Below are positions 8,601 through 16,746 of a stretch of 64,000 nucleotides of DNA, piece by piece. The DNA lies in the NCBI GenBank assembly GCA_963733035.1, contig CAVTBU010000005.1, positions 896,001-960,000 of the forward strand. Reading direction: 5' to 3'. Source of the DNA: Pirellulales bacterium (GTDB lineage Bacteria; Planctomycetota; Planctomycetia; Pirellulales; PALSA-1355). The notes beneath the pieces were generated by a model, which was not told where the DNA came from, did not search any database, and saw only the letters and a list, made by a program, of their open reading frames with translations. A program made the translations under genes and the position numbers. Positions within the stretch are counted from its first letter, which is position 1. Every line of letters starts with the position of its first letter.

Positions 8601-11286
8601 TCCGATTCGGTACTTGATTGACGGGAGGATCATTGACGGGGGTGACGTTGATCGTGAAGGTTTGCGCGAGCGATGTATCGATGCCACCGTTTGCAGTCCC
8701 ACCGTCATCGTGCAACTGGACCGTCACTGTGGTCGAACCATTGGCATCGGCCGCCGGAGTAAAGGACAGGGTTCCCGCGGACGTGATGGTCGGCTGCACT
8801 GAAAACAACGCGTTGTTGTCGTTGCTGACAATGAAGTCGAGCATTTGGCCCGACTCGTTTGCCGGACCGGCCAAGATTGAGGTCGCCCAATTGGCGAAGC
8901 TTTGGGCCCCGGAGTCCTCGGCAACCGACTCGTTCGCGCCCTTGGCAAATGACGGTGCGTCGTTGACAGGCGTAATATTGACGGCGATCGTAGCGGTATC
9001 GGTCTTCGTTCCACCGGTACCGTTGTGGCCCAGATCACTTACCACGAGTTGAATGCTACCTGCGCCGTTGCCGTTCAAGTTGGCGCTGGGCGTGAAGGTG
9101 AGACCATTGAGCGCGGCGTTCAGACTGGCAACGGTCCCCGTATAGGTCATGCTGGTGGTGCCGTTGCCGCTGCCGGTCAGTCCGCTCAGCGTGCTCAGGC
9201 TTGCCGTGCCACCGGTAAGGGTGAGCGTGATTTGCTCATTGTCGCCGGACAAGGCATCGGAATCTGTGAACGAGACTTGATTTCCGTTGCCACTGGATAG
9301 AACCAGGGGCGTGTCTTCCAACATGGTTTGTGCGGCGAGTGATGCCGAAATGAACGGAGGATGGTTCTCGCCGACCGCGTAAAAGTTAAAGGTGATTGTT
9401 TGGGAGGCCGAGGTATCGACGCCGCCATTGGCCGTACCGCCATTGTCATGCAGTGCGATGGTGACAACCGCCGTGCCGGATACTCCCGAGGGCGTATAGG
9501 TCAGCGTTCCCGTTGGACTGATCGCCGGTGCCGCGGAAAAGATCGCGGGATTCGTATTTCCCGTCACCACAAAGTTCACGGCCTGTCCGGACTCGTTCGA
9601 GGGTCCTGGAGATATGGCAGTCGCCCAGTTGGGAATCGATTGGGCACCCGCGGTCGGTACGACGGCCTGGTCAGAGCCGCGCGTGAACGAGGGGGCGTCG
9701 TTGACTGGCGTTATCGCCAGGGTGGCGAAGTTGGTAGCCGTGCTGAACGCTGAATACGATCCGTTGAACGTGGTGTCCTCGGTCCCACCGGCGTCGCCCG
9801 TCGATCGGTCCCAAGCCCGGAACGTAATGCCGGGCGTAATCGTGCCGTTGACGTTCGCATTGGGCAAGAAGCGAACGCGTGTAGAGCTATCGGAAGGCAG
9901 CAGCCGAGCGCTGGTGCTCGACGGTGCACCGAAATTCAGCCAGGAACTGCCATTGTCGAGGCTATATTGCCAAGTGCCGTTGCTATTGTTGACCGCGGTG
10001 ACCGCAATGCCCTGCGCGAGTTGGCCTGGGTCGTTGATCTTGCTGCCGCCGAGCCGATCGACAATGTCCGATACCAGCGTGCCGGGATTCGAACCACTGG
10101 AAACGTCCTCTAGAATTCCATCGAGCGCCGGATGGACGCTGGTGTCCAGAACGGGCGCCGTATTGGGCGCGAAGGCGACCGTGCGGAACGCTTCCTGGTA
10201 TCCGGCCGTCGCGATCGTTGTCACGCTGCCCGTGGGTGCGGCATTGTACCCGCTGTCATCAGTGTATGCATATAGCGAACCTCCACCCGTGCCCGAGGTG
10301 CCGCCGGTCACTCCAAACAGCACGGCCTTGCCCGTCGTGGGATCGCCGTAGCCGGTCAGGCCACGAATTGCGGTGGCCGCAACGGCCCCGTTACTGACCC
10401 AGTTCCCTGCCACGAGCGACCATTTCTGGATTTCGCCCAGCGTGTCGTCGGTTACATAAAGCGTATCGGGTGCTGAGCCGGGGCCATTGAGGTGCATGAA
10501 AACGAACTGTTCGGTATTGCTCGAGAGAGGGAGACCGGGCAGATTCGTGACGGTTTGCGGGCCGCCGGTGGGTAGTCCCGTTCCGACCGTCCCGACCGTA
10601 CCGCTGCCCTTGTTCGAAACATACAATTGCCCGTCAAAGATCGATAGTTGTTGATAGCTCGTCGTGTCCGTCGTACCGGTAACGCCGACTCCATCGCTGG
10701 CGCCCAACGGCACGTACACAATCCCGCCTTTGCCGCCGGAGAACCAAAAACCGGTGCCGTCGACGCTTACGGCACTGCGAGCGTTGTCGTATTTGCCGCT
10801 AGGGAAGGTCGATATTTCGGTGGTGGTGTCGACGTTGCCGGCGATGTCCACTCGGCCAACCGTCCGCGGCCCGGTTGTCTTGGTGATCGAGGTATCGGCT
10901 CCTGGTGGATAGTCAACGTTGAATCCCTGCGTAATCAGGTATTGTCCGTCGGCCGAGCGCGAAATGCCGCCGTCAGTGGTGGCCACGCCGCTGTCGATCA
11001 GGGCATGATTTGTGCCGTCATCCATCGTGGGCATCGCGATCGACTGCACGAGTGTGCCGGAAGGAGTGTACTCGTCGAGAAAAATGGGGTCGCCCGTGTT
11101 GACCAGTGCCGAACTACCATCGCCAACGCGCAACACAACCAAGTCGCCCCCTTGAAAAACGGCCATCAGGGCCCGCTCTTCCAAAGGCTCCAGCGCCGCA
11201 TGAACGCGCCGACCTAGTGGGTTGCCAATCGAGCGGATCTTCTTACCACGTGTTCTCTTGGAGCGGGCGGACGAGAAGCTGAACAT
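5644..11286 (-). CDS. Giant (1880 aa) secreted surface protein/adhesin with repeated cadherin/Ig-like domains
   Basis: N-terminal LEPLEERALMA planctomycete extracellular motif; repeated VNDAPSF...DNGGTANGG and TGTVASLNAALNGLTFTP modules; lamin-tail-like LLINELFFNP; paired ANYQAALQSITY modules; C-terminal RNVFYNNS...YSRGINGLMVD domain and dockerin-like DFNKDHFVNAAD. Confidence 0.88.
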   Translation of the reverse strand: MFSFSSARSKRTRGKKIRSIGNPLGRRVHAALEPLEERALMAVFQGGDLVVLRVGDGSSALVNTGDPIFLDEYTPSGTLVQSIAMPTMDDGTNHALIDSGVATTDGGISRSADGQYLITQGFNVDYPPGADTSITKTTGPRTVGRVDIAGNVDTTTEISTFPSGKYDNARSAVSVDGTGFWFSGGKGGIVYVPLGASDGVGVTGTTDTTSYQQLSIFDGQLYVSNKGSGTVGTVGTGLPTGGPQTVTNLPGLPLSSNTEQFVFMHLNGPGSAPDTLYVTDDTLGEIQKWSLVAGNWVSNGAVAATAIRGLTGYGDPTTGKAVLFGVTGGTSGTGGGSLYAYTDDSGYNAAPTGSVTTIATAGYQEAFRTVAFAPNTAPVLDTSVHPALDGILEDVSSGSNPGTLVSDIVDRLGGSKINDPGQLAQGIAVTAVNNSNGTWQYSLDNGSSWLNFGAPSSTSARLLPSDSSTRVRFLPNANVNGTITPGITFRAWDRSTGDAGGTEDTTFNGSYSAFSTATNFATLAITPVNDAPSFTRGSDQAVVPTAGAQSIPNWATAISPGPSNESGQAVNFVVTGNTNPAIFSAAPAISPTGTLTYTPSGVSGTAVVTIALHDNGGTANGGVDTSASQTITFNFYAVGENHPPFISASLAAQTMLEDTPLVLSSGNGNQVSFTDSDALSGDNEQITLTLTGGTASLSTLSGLTGSGNGTTSMTYTGTVASLNAALNGLTFTPSANLNGNGAGSIQLVVSDLGHNGTGGTKTDTATIAVNITPVNDAPSFAKGANESVAEDSGAQSFANWATSILAGPANESGQMLDFIVSNDNNALFSVQPTITSAGTLSFTPAADANGSTTVTVQLHDDGGTANGGIDTSLAQTFTINVTPVNDPPVNQVPNRTIRAVENVPYVFSNAELNAVSVSDVDANGASEQITLTATHGTLTLSSLAGLSGSGDGTALLTYTGSLVDLNAALDGLTFTPTNGYTGSAAIQITTNDLGNTGGPGPQSTVTPINLNVVAPSPLLINELFFNPPGSPDNPNDYIELRSLAPNYTIPNGTYLISLNSTPVSITDSFGTTVYPVGTVFETFDLSGDTTGSNGMLVILQKDNPYVAAGLIDPNAAVLDNTGLGTGAGYGNNYGFGGSSIVGHSAIVRSTDINLIKPSSSYMLIQTNTISNPVYPGDVLDAGGTGTLHGTEFSGFTVFDAVGALTSGAGTPGDIGYGYLNFSDANGITNVFTPDSQPVVAPFTAAYIGRTGDTLGWQASDWVASDNLGGTLPTLKLGGASNTAPESFAHKPLNHIGSTNFASNAPPTVTTTASPLVYSPTSPVVADPGVAITDTDSSFLVGATVQIAGYVNGEDQLTFIDTPNITGSFDMLTGILTLSGIDSAANYQAALQSITYSNSNVSATNRVLLFTADDGNISAIASRSIKINNQAPHVDLSGAAGDNFNSIWTNAGAIHITDVAGATVTDPDDTTLTSMTAVIVSGTDPNNVLAASAIGNITPSFVGNTLTLSGTDSLANYQAVLRSITYNNTAGGPGSGTVTVDISASDGLATSNLATATISIGSGSSIAARNVFYNNSYYDGNTAGISASDDGAIAPDKAAFNGVGTAPISAFTSYSRGINGLMVDIAGTHGTLTTADFAFKIGTNNVPNSWATAPAPTGFSVRPGAGDGGSDRVEIIWADNAIQNEWLQVIVKGNDALGGSDANTGLASSDVFFYGNRIGDTFLGSPSTLVTTNAGDEIYARTNTGFLLPITNIADFNKDHFVNAADQIVARTNGGFLTRVIDWVPPSAPDAAPSVATSDGSDSAVAAALTIQRQHETVHSIFSAQVTSPIASPLTHQGTAEPPQSRHLLDYLFVSALEFDSELDSSLDDLLKEVGEQELAT

Positions 11287-11467
11287 TGATGACGACTCCT
11301 ATGGACCTGGTCGAGTGTGTTTTTGGTTCAAGGCCGTTACGGCCGTCTGCGCGGGCCTGTTGAGCCCGCCGTTTATGACTTTTGTTCCGAATGACTCTGG
11401 TTGCGTAGCGAAACTCTCCAGCTGACAAAGACTGAGTTTGAAACGGACCGTATCCGAGACCACGGCT

Positions 11468-12577
11468 TCAAAACCCCTCCGCGGGAACCGGTTCGTCACC
11501 GTCCCGCGAGGCCAGTGCCATCAAGAGGGGAAGCTCCATCGTTTCCTCCAGGAAGTGCACCGAGCCGTCGCACATTAGCGCGTGAGCACCACCGGGGTGA
11601 TCGGAGAAAATCTCGTCGTAGTGCCAAGCAGTGGGTTCGTTCGGCGAAGACGGCGGTTCGGGCAAGTTGATTTGGTACTTGATCGCGCAGGTGTTCGATC
11701 CGTTGGGACTGGCATAGCCACCCGCCCATGCGCCCCGAGCCACCAGGTCGCGTTGGTTCCAACCACGACCCGTCAGCTCGGCAACCACCATGGTGTATGA
11801 AAGTCCATCGGTGATTCTTCTGGGGCTGACCGTTTTCGCGACGTGAATGCCTGGGTCATTTTTCTGCGCGGTGATATTCAAAAGGACGCCATGGCCCTTG
11901 CCGTACGTTTGAAACGCGTTGCCGCTGGCGGTCAGGCGGTAACGATTCAAGATATTGTCGTTCGGGCCGTCGATTCCGCAGTAGTCGGTGCACGCCATCC
12001 CTTCGCCTAGGTCCCAGTGGTTGTTTTTGATGAAATCGCCCAAGTGTCCATCATCAAGACGGTATGGCGCCAAACGCCCCGTGCTTGGACAAAGGAAAAT
12101 CGGAACAATCTGGTTCGTCGGACCGGTTCCATCCGGTTGATTGTTAGGCGGCGCCGTCGGCTGCTGAAGAAAGACCAACTGCGAAGCGAGATTGGACTCC
12201 TCCATGTAGTCCAGAATTAAGGCACACCAGTTCCACGCATCGCACCGATAGCACTTCTGCTCGACGCCGGGTGGAAACGTTCCTTTGACCAGCACATAGC
12301 CGTTCAGCGCGAGGCCAATTTCCTTCAGGTTATTGGCGCATGATGTGCGGCGCGAGCTTTCGCGGGCAGCCTGAACGGCCGGCAATAGCAGCGCCACCAA
12401 CAGGCCAATAATCGCGATCACGACCAAGAGTTCCACCAGGGTAAAACCGTCGCGGCGAGAAATGAGAACGTCCTCTCGCCGAGGGCCAACAAACCTGGCG
12501 TTTGTTCGCGACAAAAGCCCGCGGTATCTACGCACCGCGATCGACTCGGCCGAGCGAACCATGGTTAAAGTGAGCAT
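11468..12577 (-). CDS. DUF1559 family prepilin-type (N-methylation) protein
   Basis: RDGFTLVELLVVIAIIGLLVALLLPAVQAARE, CANNLKEIGLA, ITDGLSYT, C-terminal HPGGAHALMCDGSVHF (H-X9-DG). Confidence 0.95.
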   Translation of the reverse strand: MLTLTMVRSAESIAVRRYRGLLSRTNARFVGPRREDVLISRRDGFTLVELLVVIAIIGLLVALLLPAVQAARESSRRTSCANNLKEIGLALNGYVLVKGTFPPGVEQKCYRCDAWNWCALILDYMEESNLASQLVFLQQPTAPPNNQPDGTGPTNQIVPIFLCPSTGRLAPYRLDDGHLGDFIKNNHWDLGEGMACTDYCGIDGPNDNILNRYRLTASGNAFQTYGKGHGVLLNITAQKNDPGIHVAKTVSPRRITDGLSYTMVVAELTGRGWNQRDLVARGAWAGGYASPNGSNTCAIKYQINLPEPPSSPNEPTAWHYDEIFSDHPGGAHALMCDGSVHFLEETMELPLLMALASRDGDEPVPAEGF

Positions 12578-12730
12578 TCGTGTACGTCCAGAAGGAACAG
12601 AACCATGCCTTGCCAGTCCGTCAGCAGGTCGGACGTGCCTTATTGCCTACGTACACGCCTCAAAACAAAATCACGCGTTGAGGGCCAGTCGCCAGTGCAA
12701 AGGGCGTAGGGCAATTTCTATAGCACGCCC

Positions 12731-12768
12731 ATTAGGAAACGATGAGCAGTCCGTTAGGAAACGATGAC
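12731..12768 (-). promoter_or_regulatory. Direct-repeat operator (Pho-box-like, 11/22-bp period) upstream of the DUF1559 gene
   Basis: Exact 14-bp repeat TTAGGAAACGATGA at 12732-12745 and 12754-12767. On the minus strand GTCAT/CTAAC/CTCAT/CTAAT recur every 11 bp, followed by TGCTATAGA. Confidence 0.55.
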
Positions 12769-12920
12769 GCCGACTAAACGCATCGCCACAAGGAATCGCC
12801 GCGTGGTCGGTCAAGTTGCGTGATGGCGAATTCGTTTTTGCCGCATCAATCGCTTTAACTTTGGCCACGCGACGCTGTACGATGTCCATTCGCTTGGCCG
12901 TCGCGTGATATCGACCGTAA

Positions 12921-13109
12921 ATGCGATTTGAGAACAGAATGAAAAGCGACGAACCACGGACCTTCGGTAGACCAGCAACTTCCGCGACGTTGGGCACACC
13001 AGCCGCAAAACACGGAACAACAGCTGTGGTCCCCAAGTTCTCGACGGTTCTCCTATTGGGCTTGAGCGGAGTCTCGCTCTTTTTGCTGAATCGACCGCGG
13101 TCTCGCTAG
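12921..13109 (+). pseudogene. Degenerate PEP-CTERM C-terminal fragment
   Basis: ORF ends VVPKFSTVLLLGLSGVSLFLLNRPRSR, matching the VPEPST + TM + basic tail pattern with a decayed PEP motif; no signal peptide. Confidence 0.45.
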
Positions 13110-13338
13110 GCGAAGATTCTCCCTACTAAGACAATCACCGTCATCATCCAACGGTGGGCAGTGTTGCATCAGTGCGACTTTGCCCGCCTGTTTCTTTCTA
13201 TAGTCACACACCTGGCGCAAGACAAACGCCAACAATTCCAGCCTGCATTGGTCGCCAAATGCCCCGTCAGGTTGTTATCATGGACCGACGCCGACGGGGC
13301 ATGTCCGGAACTCGTTCGCTTCAATCGGGAGATCAATC

Positions 13339-14703
13339 GTGAATCGGTGCCTGCTTTGTGTATTGCTCATACTTGCCGTGCCGGGAGTTGCCGTACCGGC
13401 AGATGTTTTGCGAGTGGGAGCGTTCGACGTGGACGCTTCGCCGCCGGTCGGGAGTCCCCTGGCGTACGATCCGACCGAGGGCGTGGAGACGCCGCTCAGT
13501 TGTCGTGGCATCGTTCTCGTGGGGGCGGAACAACCGATTGTCATTTGCGCTCTCGACTGGATTGGGATCGCCAACGGCGGACAAGCCATGTTTCGCGAAA
13601 AGCTGGCCGCGGCAGCTGGCACCGTGCCTGCTCGGGTAGCCGTTCACACGTTGCATCAACACGACGCTCCGCGATGTGACTTTGCGGCCGAGGCCCTGCT
13701 TAGTCAGCAATTTGGTTTGAGTGGAGCGGGATTTGATCCAGCTTTCTGTCGCGACGTCATCGAACGGGCTGCCGTAGCAGTGAAAAAGGCGATCATGAAT
13801 GCCTCACCCGTTACGCACATCGGCCTGGGTGAGTGCAAAGTCGAGAAAGTGGCCTCAAACCGTCGCATCCTCGGCCCAGACGGCAAAGTGCAGCACGTCC
13901 GCTGGACGGCAACTAAGGACCCCATTGTCAGGGCATTTCCGGTCGGCACGATCGATCCACAGCTCAAGCTGATCAGTTTCTGGAACGAAGACAAGCCGCT
14001 GGTCGTGCTTTCTTTCTATGCGACACATCCACAGAGCTACTATCGCACAGGCTTGGCAAATCCAGACTTTCCTGGTCTGGCCCGCAATGCCCGACAAGCT
14101 GAAACCGGAGTTCTTCACGTGCACTTGAATGGCGCGGGCGGCAACATTGGTGCCGGCAAGTGGAACGATGGTTCACATCAGAATCGGCAAGTGTTGGCCG
14201 ACCGTGTGGCATCCGGAATGAAGCAAGCCTGGGAGAATACGCAAAAGGAGCCCATCACGTCTCAGGACGTAGCGTGGTCTGTGCTGCCGGTCGTCTTGCC
14301 CGTTTCCGAGCACTTGAATGAACGGGAGCTATTGGACGTGGTCGAAGATTCCAAAGCCAAACCACAAGACCGCTTCAGTGCCGCTCAAGATCTTGTTTGG
14401 CTACGGCGCTGCCAGAGTAGAGAGCCGATCGACATCGCGTGTCTCAAGCTCAAGAACGCCCGAGTCCTGTTCATGCCTGGTGAGTTGTTCGTGGAATATC
14501 AACTTGCGGCGCAACAAGTCCGTCCCGACTTGTTTGTTGCCATGGCCGCATACGGTGAATACGCCCCCGGGTATATCGGCACCGAAGTTGCATACGGCCA
14601 GGGTGGCTACGAAACGTCCGCGAGGGCTTCGCATGTCGGTCCCGCAGTGGAGGCCGTGCTGATCGGCACAATCCGAAAGCTTTTGAACGCTTCGACCGAG
14701 TAG
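13339..14703 (+). CDS. Secreted neutral/alkaline ceramidase-like family protein
   Basis: Signal peptide, LRVGAFDVDASPP, HTLHQHDAP, YATHPQSYY, GAGGNIGAGK, PGELFVEYQL, GYIGT...GGYE. Confidence 0.7.
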   Translation: MNRCLLCVLLILAVPGVAVPADVLRVGAFDVDASPPVGSPLAYDPTEGVETPLSCRGIVLVGAEQPIVICALDWIGIANGGQAMFREKLAAAAGTVPARVAVHTLHQHDAPRCDFAAEALLSQQFGLSGAGFDPAFCRDVIERAAVAVKKAIMNASPVTHIGLGECKVEKVASNRRILGPDGKVQHVRWTATKDPIVRAFPVGTIDPQLKLISFWNEDKPLVVLSFYATHPQSYYRTGLANPDFPGLARNARQAETGVLHVHLNGAGGNIGAGKWNDGSHQNRQVLADRVASGMKQAWENTQKEPITSQDVAWSVLPVVLPVSEHLNERELLDVVEDSKAKPQDRFSAAQDLVWLRRCQSREPIDIACLKLKNARVLFMPGELFVEYQLAAQQVRPDLFVAMAAYGEYAPGYIGTEVAYGQGGYETSARASHVGPAVEAVLIGTIRKLLNASTE

Positions 14704-14838
14704 GGCTCTCGATTGGTCCTGATGCCGCGCGGGAGGACGGTTGCGTGGAATTCGTTTGACTGTGCCGACTGTCCGTTTCTGCCTCGTCATCGGCTCATTG
14801 GGAGCGGCCGAACCAGAACGGTTCGAGTCGGCAACGCC

Positions 14839-15082
14839 GGCCTCCGCCTTCAGCAGGCTGTTGAGCGTCTGCTCGACGGTCTGACGCACCACCTCGCCCA
14901 CGTGCGAGCGAATCTTCTCCTCCTCGATCCGAATCACACCCTCAAAGTTCCCGCCATTTGCCGATCCTGCTGCGCTGTCCATCGGGCAGTCCTTTCGTGC
15001 TGGTAGGTTCGTTCTCACAAACAAACTTCTACCAGCCCCAGGACTGCCCTTTCAATTTGTGCGCACAATTCAGGACGTTATC
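14839..15082 (-). mobile_element. IS256-family remnant: left end plus about 48 N-terminal codons of the transposase
   Basis: Minus-strand end GATAACGTCCTGAATTGTG resembles the IS256 terminal IR. ATG at 14982 gives ...VIRIEEEKIRSHVGEVVRQTVEQTLNSLLKAEA, a typical IS256 transposase N-terminus, then similarity stops. Confidence 0.75.
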
Positions 15083-15121
15083 CGCTTTGACGGGTTGACG
15101 CCCTATAAGGAGGCACCCTGT

Positions 15122-15433
15122 CTAAAAAGTCCGACGAGTCGTGACCAGCACGTTGTCCATGTATGAAAACACACTTCGCTGCCGGTATTTCGGCGCGTCG
15201 ACGTGCTGCATGATGGCTTCGGCCGCTTCGGGCGAAGTAACCATTTCGATGCGTACCCGCGACCTATCGGGCTCCTGAAATGGGTCTTCCATGATGGCAT
15301 GTTCTCCCTTGCCATTGCAGTAAGCGCTCGTCCAGCCCTTGGCACCTAGCTTCACAAACTCGTCGATCAACTGGCATTCCAATGTTCGATCGCAAATCAC
15401 AACGACCCGAGGGGTTTGCTTTAACTCAGACAT
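15122..15433 (-). CDS. P-II superfamily protein, SbtB-like
   Basis: 103 aa; GAKGWT...GKG T-loop base, VRIEMV, AEAI; AGGAG RBS. Confidence 0.75.
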   Translation of the reverse strand: MSELKQTPRVVVICDRTLECQLIDEFVKLGAKGWTSAYCNGKGEHAIMEDPFQEPDRSRVRIEMVTSPEAAEAIMQHVDAPKYRQRSVFSYMDNVLVTTRRTF

Positions 15434-15656
15434 GATGGCACTTCTCTCCTGAAGGACCCGTCGCCGGGCTGGCTAGTAAGTTGCGGTTGTCCTGGCTGAC
15501 ATTCACTTCGCGACAAAAGCGGACGATGTGGCCGCGCTTATTTCAAATATACACTTCAGCCGCGATGTCGATCTGCTTACAATGCCGTAAGTTATTGATT
15601 TAACAGGGTTTCGCTCGCATGCCATTATCCGTCCCAGGTTTAATCGCGACGCTCCG

Positions 15657-16655
15657 ATGCTAAAACGCCCGCTTGGCTCGACTGGGATTTCCGTCGCTCC
15701 GATCTCGTTCGGTGGTGGCCCAGTGTCACAGCTCCTTGTTGGCCAACAGCGACGCACTCAGTGCGAAACCGTGGCACGAGCGGTGGAACTTGGCGTCAAT
15801 TGGTTCGACACAGCAGCAACTTACGGTGATGGAAGCTCGGAAGAGAATCTCGGTCAAACGATCAAAGATGTCGGTGTCCAAGATCAAATTCAGATTGCCA
15901 CGAAGGTCCGTATCATGCCGGACCAACTCGACAACATCGTCGCAGCTGCGCGGGCATCTGTCGAGTCTAGCCTCCGGCGATTGCGTTGCCAGCGCGTGAC
16001 CCTCTTACAGGTGCACAATTCGATCACGGCAGTTGCCGGCGCGCAACCAACCTCGCTGACGCCAGCTCATTTGCTTAGCGCGGGCGGATTGCTCGAGGCC
16101 ATGGAAGACATGCAGCGTGCGGGCCTCGTAGAACATCTCGGATTGACCGGTTTGGGAGAACCGGCGGCCCTCAACGAGGTGATTTCCAGCGGTCGTTTTG
16201 CCACGATCCAGACACCTTACCATTTGCTCAACCCAAGTGCCGGACATCATGCGCCTCCCGAGTTTTGCGAAACCGACTACGGAAACGTGATCGATGCGTG
16301 CCAACGGCGAAAAATGGGCGTCTTTGTCATACGCGTGCTGGCCGGGGGCGCGTTGGCAGGCAAGCCTCCCAGCCCACATACGTTCAAAACTCCTTTCTTC
16401 CCGCTGACACTGTACGAGCGTGATTGCTTCCGGGCGGGCCGGATGTCCGAGATCTTGCCGGATGGGCTACGTCGTGAAGAGGCCGCCATACGATTTGCGA
16501 TCAGTCATCCGGCCGTTTCCAGTGCCATTGTCGGATTCGCATCACCCGAGGAGGTTGCAGAGGTCGTGGGGTTCGCCTATCGTGGGCCGCTCGACGCCGA
16601 ATTGCTGGCCGAGCTAACCGAGCACTCCTGGGCCTCCGCAGTCGATACGTCGTAG
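15657..16655 (+). CDS. Aldo/keto reductase
   Basis: LGSTGISVAPISFG, FDTAATYGDGSSE, IATKV, LLQVH, LAGGAL. Confidence 0.92.
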   Translation: MLKRPLGSTGISVAPISFGGGPVSQLLVGQQRRTQCETVARAVELGVNWFDTAATYGDGSSEENLGQTIKDVGVQDQIQIATKVRIMPDQLDNIVAAARASVESSLRRLRCQRVTLLQVHNSITAVAGAQPTSLTPAHLLSAGGLLEAMEDMQRAGLVEHLGLTGLGEPAALNEVISSGRFATIQTPYHLLNPSAGHHAPPEFCETDYGNVIDACQRRKMGVFVIRVLAGGALAGKPPSPHTFKTPFFPLTLYERDCFRAGRMSEILPDGLRREEAAIRFAISHPAVSSAIVGFASPEEVAEVVGFAYRGPLDAELLAELTEHSWASAVDTS

Positions 16656-16746
16656 GTTGTGGGATTTCAACCAGCAGCGACAGCGGAGTCCGACTCGCGC
16701 CATTGCCTGCACCGTTGGCTGCATGCCAAACGCATGAGGACGCAAC

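Noticed and set aside
8250..9705. Repeated DNA segments as a CRISPR array or mobile repeat
   Set aside because: They are diverged in-frame domain repeats inside the giant protein; no repeat-spacer structure or cas genes anywhere in the window.
14820..14829. GGTTCGAGTC identical to the tRNA-Val T-arm (5408-5417), near the IS truncation point, as a possible attR
   Set aside because: Only 10 bp, does not extend to the tRNA 3' end, and no integrase is present; plausible by chance.
14401..15024. 207-aa ORF as an intact gene
   Set aside because: Only about 48 codons resemble a transposase; the rest is read-through, largely antisense to the 13339-14703 gene.
15575..15612. AT-rich CGTAAGT-type motif, with a similar one at about 48290-48300
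   Set aside because: Similarity is limited to about 7 bp with no consistent palindrome; cannot support a regulatory or recombination site.
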